Positions 1 through 7,297 of a DNA stretch of 64,000 nt are shown piece by piece. The position numbers were made by a program, and so were the translations under genes. The notes beneath the pieces were generated by a model, which was given only the letters and a program-made list of their open reading frames with translations, was not told the origin of the DNA and did no database searches. Each line of letters starts with the position of its first letter. Within the stretch, counting starts at the first letter, position 1. The DNA is taken from NCBI GenBank assembly GCA_045654645.1, contig JAZONR010000023.1, forward strand, positions 730-64,729, read 5' to 3'. The DNA comes from Bacteroidaceae bacterium. Its GTDB lineage: Bacteria > Bacteroidota > Bacteroidia > Bacteroidales > Bacteroidaceae.

Positions 1-843
1 GGAGAGATATGTTATTGTAGATACCCAATTCTCATCGTATTGGGAGAAGAAGCCGTAAAGCACACCCGATTTACAACAGAACTCTGTCATATTACTACAC
101 TGCTCCACCACTGAGACTGCATCACTGCCAAGATCTATACGCTGGAGGGTGCTTGGAATATTCATATAATCGCCAAACGACGCTACATAGAGAGCATCGC
201 CACAAGGCACCACAACTGCAGGATTTATTACAACTTCTACCTTTTTCACCTCTTTGAATTCAACAAGGTCTATAACCGAGACGCTATTATCATAGCCCAA
301 CGCCGTGTTATAATCCATTCCGCCCGAATTTGCCACATAGAGTTTATCACCAACCACAGCCAACTGTTCGGGATTGCGTCCCACGGCCACCTTTGCCTCA
401 ACCTTGAGTGTGGCTGTATCGAGACGTGCCACATAGCCATCGTACAGAGAGATGTAAACCTTGTTTTTGTGCGCTGCAAGATAGCGAGGCTGCGCACCGC
501 AATTCACTTGAGCAACAGATTTAGCATCAAGCCCCGCCACCTCAATAGTAGACTCACCCGCAACTGCAATATACATCTTGGAGCCATACACCAAAATATC
601 ATTAGCATTATTTCCAAGACAACGCCCATTCTGTTGCTCAAAGAATCCCTGCACCACCCTGCCGTCTGATGCATCATACATTGTAAGCGAGGAATTATTA
701 CTTTTCCAATCACCCGCATTCAGCACATAATAGACACCCTCGCCAACAACAGAAACGCCGGCACCCTCTTCCTCAGTGGAATCACAAGCAATAAAGAAAA
801 AAGAAGAAATAGCCGCAAGCAAAATAAATACATTTGTTTTCAT
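1..843 (-). CDS. Lipoprotein with YVTN/YncE-like beta-propeller repeats (start complete, C-terminus beyond window edge); possible surface accessory protein of the adjacent B12-regulated receptor
   Basis: My own translation of the minus strand from ATG at 843 gives MKTNVFILLAAISSFFFIAC/DSTEEE, with a lipobox Cys at residue 20. The frame is open to position 1. It contains a repeat of the type GDKLYVANSGG...NSVSVIDL. It lies on the same strand 47 nt downstream of the receptor stop. Confidence 0.7.
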   Translation of the reverse strand, partial: MKTNVFILLAAISSFFFIACDSTEEEGAGVSVVGEGVYYVLNAGDWKSNNSSLTMYDASDGRVVQGFFEQQNGRCLGNNANDILVYGSKMYIAVAGESTIEVAGLDAKSVAQVNCGAQPRYLAAHKNKVYISLYDGYVARLDTATLKVEAKVAVGRNPEQLAVVGDKLYVANSGGMDYNTALGYDNSVSVIDLVEFKEVKKVEVVINPAVVVPCGDALYVASFGDYMNIPSTLQRIDLGSDAVSVVEQCSNMTEFCCKSGVLYGFFSQYDENWVSTITYLS

Positions 844-890
844 TTTGGTTTACTTTTAACAGGTTAAACACTTTTATATATTATAATCAA

Positions 891-2873
891 TCAAAACGAA
901 AGACGTGCCGAAAGCCTCCAGGAAATTCCGGGCATAGGATAGTAACGAATCACCTCATAGCGGCAATCGCCCACATTCAGCACCTCACCACTCAAGAGCA
1001 GCCCACAGGAGCCAAGCATAAACTCCCTATTAGCCGAAAGCGAGTGTTCTACATACCCGTCCATTCTATTGCGTTCACTGTTTTGCGGCAACATATAGCG
1101 CTCACCCACAGCTGTAATAAGCCACGAGAGATTTACATAATCACTCAGAAACGAAACAACAAACTTCCCAGTGTGCCTTGGAGTATAGGGAAGCTGGTGG
1201 CAATAGTTCTTGGAAGAGCTATCTGTTACATCCACCGCATACTGAAAAGAATAGCCTGCATCGAACAGCAGAGAGATATCCTTGCATAGCGAAAGCTGAA
1301 GAGTGGCATCAGCATCAACGCCGACAATTTTCGCCTCACCGAAATTCATCATTCGCCACACATACATAGTTGGAAGCGCAACAATCTTATCGCACACCTT
1401 ATTATAATAACCATCAGCTGCAAGAGAGAGATATTCCACCACGCCACCCAAAGAGCCACTCCAGTTTACGCCCACATTAAACTGCGTAGCTTTCTCAGGC
1501 TTTAGCCCAATATTCCCTAAACGCAAATAGTAGAGGTCGGCAAATGTGGGCACACGATAACCATCCTTATAAGAGAGACGCAAACGCAAAGGCAAGGAGC
1601 GCAGCGGTGCAAACGAGAGCGCCACCGAGGGCGACAAACGCTTGAAAGGCTCGGGGCCGGCACCGCCAATTGTCTCGTCTGCCACATAAGTCCCAAGCAG
1701 AGAAGCAGTCGCCAAGAAACGGGGCCTTTCAAACTGCGCGGCAAGCACAGTCATTGAATTTACACGCCTTGGCGAGAGTTTTTCATTAAAATTGTTATCA
1801 AGAGCCGAATATGAGATATCCGAGGTCAGTGCAAAGGAAAGAGCACGCAACGGGGAGTACTTAAAGCCAAGCGAAGCATAAGCGACGTGCTGCACATTCT
1901 TATCAACCTGTTGCCCCGAGAAATAATTTTTATTCACCTCGAGATACTCGGAATAACTATATTCATACTTTGCACGCGCCTTTAGAGTAAAAAGCGCACC
2001 CAACGGCAAGTCATAGGAAGTTTGAAGAGAAAAATCATCATCCCAAAGACGCTCACTATTCTCCTTATTATATAGGTTCACCGCCCCGGGCAAGCCACGC
2101 TCCGAATTATAGCCACTCGCTTTAACCTGCAAAGCACCACCACACACCGTGCCAAAAAGATTACCCTCGAATGACAACGAACACACATCACTGCTACGTC
2201 GCACCTCGCGCGTAACATTGTTTCCATTCACAAGATTGAAGGGATACATTCCATCACTGCGCAAAAAATCGACATAGAACGACGACGACCACAGCGGAGA
2301 GAAACAACGGGAAAAATAAAACGCAGCATCAGCAAGCCCAAAGGAACCACCACGCAAGCGCACATAGCCGCCATTGTCATCGGGACGCAACGCTCGCAAA
2401 GCCAACAACGACGCCGACGCAAACTCGGAAGCACTTCTCGCAATATCATCATCGGCAACGGAGAGTGTGAGCAAGCCTACATTCTCAAGAGAGAGACGCC
2501 CAAGATCAACCTGACCACTCTGCGCATCGGCAAGCAGCACCCCGTCATAGCTAACCGCCGTATGCTTTGCGCCAAGCCCACGCACAGAGACCGTCTTGAG
2601 GCCGCCCACACCGCCATAATCGCGCACATCCACACCACTCATCCTCTTCACCGCCTCGTCAAGCGACAGGGCGCCCACTCGACGAAAATCGCTCTGCTCC
2701 ATAACCTTAGTGGGGGCAGAAGCCCGCAAAGCAGAAGGTATTGAGCGCGAAAGCACCTCCACCTCGAAAAGTTCCTTGCAAGATACCGTATCAATATCCT
2801 GAGCAAAGAGCGGAACGCAAAACAATGACGCCACGACTGCACACAGCAGCCTCAAAAAGGAAAAACAATGCAT
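891..2873 (-). CDS. btuB: TonB-dependent outer-membrane receptor under cobalamin-riboswitch control (BtuB-like)
   Basis: Taken from ORF 891..3017. Plug-domain sequence DEAVKRMSGVDVRDYGGVGGLKTVSVRGLG is present, followed by a long beta-barrel ending ...RLSARLSF. The signal peptide MHCFSFLRLLCAVVASLFCVPLFA/QD begins at ATG 2873. The ORF part further upstream overlaps the riboswitch. An alternative in-frame ATG lies at 2921. Confidence 0.85.
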   Translation of the reverse strand: MHCFSFLRLLCAVVASLFCVPLFAQDIDTVSCKELFEVEVLSRSIPSALRASAPTKVMEQSDFRRVGALSLDEAVKRMSGVDVRDYGGVGGLKTVSVRGLGAKHTAVSYDGVLLADAQSGQVDLGRLSLENVGLLTLSVADDDIARSASEFASASLLALRALRPDDNGGYVRLRGGSFGLADAAFYFSRCFSPLWSSSFYVDFLRSDGMYPFNLVNGNNVTREVRRSSDVCSLSFEGNLFGTVCGGALQVKASGYNSERGLPGAVNLYNKENSERLWDDDFSLQTSYDLPLGALFTLKARAKYEYSYSEYLEVNKNYFSGQQVDKNVQHVAYASLGFKYSPLRALSFALTSDISYSALDNNFNEKLSPRRVNSMTVLAAQFERPRFLATASLLGTYVADETIGGAGPEPFKRLSPSVALSFAPLRSLPLRLRLSYKDGYRVPTFADLYYLRLGNIGLKPEKATQFNVGVNWSGSLGGVVEYLSLAADGYYNKVCDKIVALPTMYVWRMMNFGEAKIVGVDADATLQLSLCKDISLLFDAGYSFQYAVDVTDSSSKNYCHQLPYTPRHTGKFVVSFLSDYVNLSWLITAVGERYMLPQNSERNRMDGYVEHSLSANREFMLGSCGLLLSGEVLNVGDCRYEVIRYYPMPGISWRLSARLSF

Positions 2874-2924
2874 AAAACCAACGTCTATAAAAGCCTTTAC
2901 CCGAGGCTTTGTATAAAACATAAC

Positions 2925-3095
2925 AGAGAAGGCAGGTTTTCTGGCTTGTTCCCCCAAGGCGCCTTCCCACTCCAATGGAGCAGTGGCAACAGATTGCCTT
3001 GGAAACACGGAACTCACAGCTACGGGTATAGCTCCGGATTTTAACCGGATTCCCTTTTACTAACCCCCACCGCAAGCGAGGGTTACACCTTATCC
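2925..3095 (-). promoter_or_regulatory. Cobalamin (B12) riboswitch
   Basis: The minus strand reads ...GUAAAAGGGAAUCCGGUUAAAAUCCGGAGCUAUACCCGUAGCUGUGAG...UUGCCACUGCUCCAUUGGAGUGGGAAGGCG...AAGCCAGAAAACCUGCC. These are the conserved core, the B12 box GCCACUG (plus-strand 2981-2987), and the GGGAAGGC and ACCUGCC elements. It sits directly upstream of the TonB receptor start. Confidence 0.85.
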
Positions 3096-3099
3096 ACTG

Positions 3100-3107
3100 C
3101 AAATATA
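3100..3107 (-). promoter_or_regulatory. Bacteroidetes -7 promoter box TATATTTG for the riboswitch-btuB transcript
   Basis: Exact TAnnTTTG on the minus strand, a few nt upstream of the riboswitch 5' end. Confidence 0.5.
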
Positions 3108-3150
3108 CATCAAACAACACACACAGCAAATAAACAAAGTAGAATTTGCA

Positions 3151-3188
3151 CAAAAAAAATGGCGACGCCGAATATTCGGTGTCGCCAT
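3151..3188 (-). terminator. Intrinsic terminator of the rpsF-rpsR-rplI operon
   Basis: 12-bp stem (AUGGCGACGCCG / CGGUGUCGCCAU, one G-U pair) with a 6-nt loop, followed on the minus strand by a run of 8 U. It lies 22 nt after the rplI stop. Confidence 0.8.
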
Positions 3189-3209
3189 TTGAACTATCTA
3201 AGGTCTAAA

Positions 3210-3656
3210 TTACTCAGCCTCAGCAACTACTGTGTAAGAAAGCTTTACAACAACTTCCTTGTGCAACTTGATGGTAGCCTCATAAGTACCAACCTCCTTA
3301 GCTGCAGAAACAGCGATAATCTTGCGGTCAATCTCAAAACCGAGCTTACCGAGCTCCTCTGCAATCTGAATTGCACCTACTGAACCATAGATAGCACCGT
3401 TGGCGCTAACCTTGGTAGCAATAGTCAAGCTCACACCAGCAAGCTTAGCTGCAAGAGCCTCTGCATCAGCCTTAATCTTGGCCAACTTGTGAGCACGCTG
3501 CTTCAAGTTCTCAGCAAGAACCTTCTTTGCAGACTCGCTGGCAATAACAGCCTTACCGGTTGGAATCAAATAATTACGGCCATAACCGTCCTTAACCTTA
3601 ACGATATCGTCTTTGTAACCCAAGTTGATTACATCTTCTTTCAATATAAGCTCCAT
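3210..3656 (-). CDS. rplI: 50S ribosomal protein L9
   Basis: The 148-aa product begins MELILKEDVINLGYKDDIVKVKDGYGRNYLIPTGKAV, a typical L9 N-terminus. It lies in the S6-S18-L9 gene order. Confidence 0.95.
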   Translation of the reverse strand: MELILKEDVINLGYKDDIVKVKDGYGRNYLIPTGKAVIASESAKKVLAENLKQRAHKLAKIKADAEALAAKLAGVSLTIATKVSANGAIYGSVGAIQIAEELGKLGFEIDRKIIAVSAAKEVGTYEATIKLHKEVVVKLSYTVVAEAE

Positions 3657-3671
3657 AATTATTCCCTCCTA

Positions 3672-3941
3672 TTATTTCATCATATCAGTAACAAAAGGCA
3701 GCAAAGCCAAGTGACGTGCGCGCTTAACAGCCTGCGCAATACGGCGCTGGAACTTCAAAGAAGTACCGGTGATGCGACGTGGGAGAAGTTTACCCTGCTC
3801 ATTCAAGAACTTCTTCAAGAATTCGGGATCCTTGTAATCGATATACTTGATACCGTTCTTCTTGAAACGGCAGTATTTCTTCTTCTGGACATCAACTGTA
3901 GGAGGTGTCAAATATCTGATTTCTGAAGGTGTCTGTGCCAT
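3672..3941 (-). CDS. rpsR: 30S ribosomal protein S18
   Basis: 89 aa containing ...[31 protein letters not shown]. It sits between S6 and L9. Confidence 0.95.
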   Translation of the reverse strand: MAQTPSEIRYLTPPTVDVQKKKYCRFKKNGIKYIDYKDPEFLKKFLNEQGKLLPRRITGTSLKFQRRIAQAVKRARHLALLPFVTDMMK

Positions 3942-3943
3942 AA

Positions 3944-4285
3944 TTAGTTCTCCTTATTACCTTTTAAATTTCTTCTCTTGGCAGCATACTCTGCAGCATA
4001 CTTATCCAACTTAACTACCAAAGAGCGAATAACGCGCTCATCGCGACGATACTGCAACTCCAACTTTGAAATAACCTTAGGCTCTGCATTGAACTCGAAC
4101 ATTACATAAAAGCCAGTGGTCTTCTTCTGAATGGGGTAAGCAAGCTTCTTAAGTCCCCAGTTCTCCTCATTGACAATCTCAGCACCTTCTGCAGTGAGAA
4201 TGCCCTTGAACTTCTCTACCGCTTCCTTCATCTGAGCATCAGACAAAACGGGAGTCAAAATGAAAACGGTCTCGTATTGATTCAT
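3944..4285 (-). CDS. rpsF: 30S ribosomal protein S6
   Basis: 113 aa beginning [30 protein letters not shown]. It ends 2 nt before rpsR. Confidence 0.95.
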   Translation of the reverse strand: MNQYETVFILTPVLSDAQMKEAVEKFKGILTAEGAEIVNEENWGLKKLAYPIQKKTTGFYVMFEFNAEPKVISKLELQYRRDERVIRSLVVKLDKYAAEYAAKRRNLKGNKEN

Positions 4286-4331
4286 TTTTAATTAATAAAT
4301 AGGTTAAACATTCGTTTATTAAACGCGGGTG

Positions 4332-4339
4332 CAAAGGTA
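4332..4339 (-). promoter_or_regulatory. -7 promoter box TACCTTTG for rpsF operon
   Basis: Exact TAnnTTTG on the minus strand, 47 nt upstream of the rpsF ATG. Confidence 0.5.
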
Positions 4340-4529
4340 TGTTTTTTTTTCTTAACAGCAAAGCCTATCAACAACTTTTTGAAAGACAGCCAACAAGATT
4401 TCAACAAAACAGCGGTTTTCTGAGCCCTATTTTAGCCATAGAAACCTTTTTTTCCAAAAAAAATTTCATTCTCTAAATAATTATATGTTACTTTGCAAAA
4501 GGAAAATAACTTAAAAAAACAATAGCGCT

Positions 4530-4721
4530 ATGGCAAAGAATATTCAACTAATCGGTCTGCTCCTTGTTTTTATTGGAGCTGTAGTAATTGCACTCAGTAT
4601 GACAATGGGCTGGAACAACAGCAACCTCATCAACTTTGGTTCTGCCGGCATCATCATCGCAGGCCTCATAACATACGTCTACGCAGGCAAGAAGATTATG
4701 GACGACCAGATGAAAGACTGA
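4530..4721 (+). CDS. Small membrane protein, two predicted TM helices, unknown function
   Basis: 63 aa. Hydrophobic segments are IQLIGLLLVFIGAVVIALSM and FGSAGIIIAGLITYVYA. It is followed by a strong terminator. No family was recognised. Confidence 0.4.
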   Translation: MAKNIQLIGLLLVFIGAVVIALSMTMGWNNSNLINFGSAGIIIAGLITYVYAGKKIMDDQMKD

Positions 4722-4750
4722 TTGGCACCATTTCTTCCAACAAGAAAGAG

Positions 4751-4793
4751 AATAAGAAAAGTGAAGCACAACCGATGCTTCACTTTTCTTATT
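4751..4793. terminator. Bidirectional hairpin terminator between convergent genes
   Basis: Perfect 18-bp stem (aataagaaaagtgaagca / tgcttcacttttcttatt) with a 7-nt loop. Confidence 0.8.
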
Positions 4794-4828
4794 TATAACA
4801 AGGAGTAAAACCCCTGCTCAGAAAGGTA

Positions 4829-5530
4829 TCATCCTTCGGGCTCAGGAGTAATGAGCTTGTAACCCTTTCCGTGAATGTTTATAATCTCAACGCTGTCATC
4901 CGCCTTAAGGAGCTTGCGCAACTTAGTGATATAAACATCCATACTTCTGGCATTGAAATAGGTATCCTCGGTCCAAACAGTCTTCAATGCATAGTCGCGC
5001 TGAAGCACCTCGTTGCGATGAGCACACAAAAGGTTGAGAAGTTCCGACTCCTTTGTTGTGAGTTTCTGCTGCTGACCATCGATAGTGAGCAGTTGCTTCT
5101 TTGCATCAAAGTCGAAACGGCCTATCTTATACTGCGAATTCTCCTTCAGTTTCTTTCCGCACACGCGACGCAATACCGTTTCAATGCGCGCCACAAGCAC
5201 CTCCATTCCAAAAGGCTTTGTTACATAATCATCGGCTCCCAACTTGAAACCTTTCAAAATATCATCATTCATATTCTTTGCTGTGAGGAAAATGATAGGC
5301 ATCTCCGAATCCACGGCACGAATATCCTGCGCAAGTGTGAAACCATCCTTTATGGGCATCATCACATCAAGCACACAAATATCAAACTTACCCTTCACAA
5401 AAGCTTTGTATCCTGCATCGCCATCGGGATAAAGTTCAACATAGAACCCTTTGGCCTGCAGATACTCGCGGGTGAGCATACTCAGATTCTCATCATCATC
5501 GCAAAGCAAAATCCTCTGTTTCTCTTCCAT
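4829..5530 (-). CDS. OmpR-family response regulator (RprY-like)
   Basis: 233 aa. The receiver domain contains ILLCDDDENL...DICVLDVMMPIKDGF...IIFLTAK. A C-terminal winged-helix domain contains ARSMDVYITKLRK...IHGKGYKL. Confidence 0.9.
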   Translation of the reverse strand: MEEKQRILLCDDDENLSMLTREYLQAKGFYVELYPDGDAGYKAFVKGKFDICVLDVMMPIKDGFTLAQDIRAVDSEMPIIFLTAKNMNDDILKGFKLGADDYVTKPFGMEVLVARIETVLRRVCGKKLKENSQYKIGRFDFDAKKQLLTIDGQQQKLTTKESELLNLLCAHRNEVLQRDYALKTVWTEDTYFNARSMDVYITKLRKLLKADDSVEIINIHGKGYKLITPEPEG

Positions 5531-5538
5531 AATTCAAT

Positions 5539-7083
5539 TTATTTTAAAGGTAATACAATTACAAATGTTGTTCCAACACCACTCTCGCTTTCGGCACGTA
5601 TAGAGCCACCGTGGGCCTGCACAATCTGCTTCACATAGGCAAGACCAAGGCCAAGGCCCTTCACATTGTGAACATTTCCACCCTGCACCCTGAAGAAGCG
5701 GTCAAAAATCCTCTTTAAATGTTCGCGTTTAACGCCTATACCATTATCCTTTATGGTGAGCACAAACTTGCCACCACTGCTACGAGTCGTTATTTCCAGA
5801 GCAAGCGGTGCATCGGCACGTCTATACTTCACCGCATTATCCATCAGATTGAACACCACGTTTGTAAAATGCATCTCATCGACACACACAAACGAATCAT
5901 CAGCCTCCAGTGAAGTTGTTATAGTGCCGCCAATGTTGTTCACCTTAACCATAAAGGTATTCACAATACCCGATATCAACTCGTTTGCATCAAGTTCCTT
6001 CATCTTCAGTGCTGCTGCATTCTTGCTGTCGAAGAGCGACATCTGCAACACCTTGTCTACCTGAAACTGCAGACGTTTGGTTTCACTGGCTATGACACCG
6101 GAAAGACGCTCCATCATTTCAGGAGTCTTCACAATGCTGCTATCCTGTATCATCTGCGATGCAAGCGATATTGTGGAGATTGGCGTCTTGAATTCGTGGG
6201 TCATATTATTTATGAAATCATTTTTCATATCCGACATACGTTTGTGCCTAACCGCCATATAGAGCGTAAACACAAAAGTTACCAGCATAACAAACACAAA
6301 TACCAACGAAGGTAGCATAAATTTAACCGAACCAAAAATAAATTTGTTCAACGCCTGTTGAGGAAAACACATCTCCAACATTGCAGAACGGCCGGGTGTC
6401 GCATTCTCGAACAGCGGCTGACTCAAAACCTTACCACAGGCAATAGCATCGGCACCGGGAGAAGCGTAAACAGTATCGCGACCATCGTAATCGAGAATTC
6501 TCAAAGTAAACGGCATATCAACGCCATTATCGGAAAGCTCCGACTGCAACAACTTCTCAACAGCAGCAAAATCCCCAATCCTGCTCTCAAGCGGCTTACC
6601 ACCGGCATTGTCAAGCATATAAAAGACCACCTCGTCGAGCACATCACGCTGATACTTGGCCCTCATCTTCAATACATCGTGCTGAAGGCGCTGCGCCTCC
6701 TCCACTGTCAGCAACCTGCTCATATCCCTGAACAAGAGCTCCTCGTCCATTGCAAGAGAGGCAGGGATAGCCGCATTAACTGTGATTGTAGAAACCACGC
6801 CTCCTTTTCTTGTAGAGGTTGTGTAGCTGCGCACCACAGCAGGATTACCGGCCACAAAACTACCTTTCTTTATATAGTTGCTATTATCCTCAGTAAGATA
6901 CCTGCGCACCTCCTCAAGCTCAAGCTTATGCGCAACCTGATTGAGGCTGCGGCGTGCGCCCTCATAGAAATACTCCTTGCGAATAGACACAAGAGTATCC
7001 ACATAAGCCACCTGCAGACAGAGCAATGCAACGCAACACACCGTCATTATTATGGCCACTATACTGATTGTCATCTTTTTCAT
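5539..7083 (-). CDS. Sensor histidine kinase (RprX-like) with N-terminal TM anchor and periplasmic domain
   Basis: 514 aa. The H-box is FINNMTHEFKTPISTI. HATPase motifs are NLMDNAVKY, IKDNGIG and GLGLGLAYVKQIV. It ends 8 nt upstream of the regulator gene. An alternative ATG lies at 7074. Confidence 0.9.
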   Translation of the reverse strand: MKKMTISIVAIIMTVCCVALLCLQVAYVDTLVSIRKEYFYEGARRSLNQVAHKLELEEVRRYLTEDNSNYIKKGSFVAGNPAVVRSYTTSTRKGGVVSTITVNAAIPASLAMDEELLFRDMSRLLTVEEAQRLQHDVLKMRAKYQRDVLDEVVFYMLDNAGGKPLESRIGDFAAVEKLLQSELSDNGVDMPFTLRILDYDGRDTVYASPGADAIACGKVLSQPLFENATPGRSAMLEMCFPQQALNKFIFGSVKFMLPSLVFVFVMLVTFVFTLYMAVRHKRMSDMKNDFINNMTHEFKTPISTISLASQMIQDSSIVKTPEMMERLSGVIASETKRLQFQVDKVLQMSLFDSKNAAALKMKELDANELISGIVNTFMVKVNNIGGTITTSLEADDSFVCVDEMHFTNVVFNLMDNAVKYRRADAPLALEITTRSSGGKFVLTIKDNGIGVKREHLKRIFDRFFRVQGGNVHNVKGLGLGLAYVKQIVQAHGGSIRAESESGVGTTFVIVLPLK

Positions 7084-7087
7084 ATCG

Positions 7088-7095
7088 CAAATATA
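7088..7095 (-). promoter_or_regulatory. -7 promoter box TATATTTG abutting the kinase start codon
   Basis: Exact TAnnTTTG. Its last base is only 4 nt from ATG 7083. Confidence 0.35.
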
Positions 7096-7240
7096 AACAG
7101 TACATTCCTATTTATAAACAAACAGAGAACAAGATTTAAATTCGTTTTTATTAATTAACATTAATCACATTTTTAATTAACAAATAAGCAAGTATGCATT
7201 GCCTATTAATTTCATTTTCGCAAAATTCACCCCATTTTTA

Positions 7241-7273
7241 ACAAAAAAGCAGAGCGGCAACAGCCGCCCTGCT
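7241..7273 (-). terminator. Intrinsic terminator downstream of the EF-G paralog
   Basis: 11-bp GC-rich stem with one mismatch (agcagagcggc / gccgccctgct) and a 4-nt loop, then a U-run on the minus strand. Confidence 0.7.
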
Positions 7274-7297
7274 TCAACTATCATCACTAAAGATTGT

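Noticed and set aside
2874-3017. N-terminal extension of the TonB receptor ORF (MSSVFPRQSVATAPLEWEG...)
   Set aside because: This stretch is the cobalamin riboswitch read as protein. The signal peptide begins at ATG 2873, or possibly 2921.
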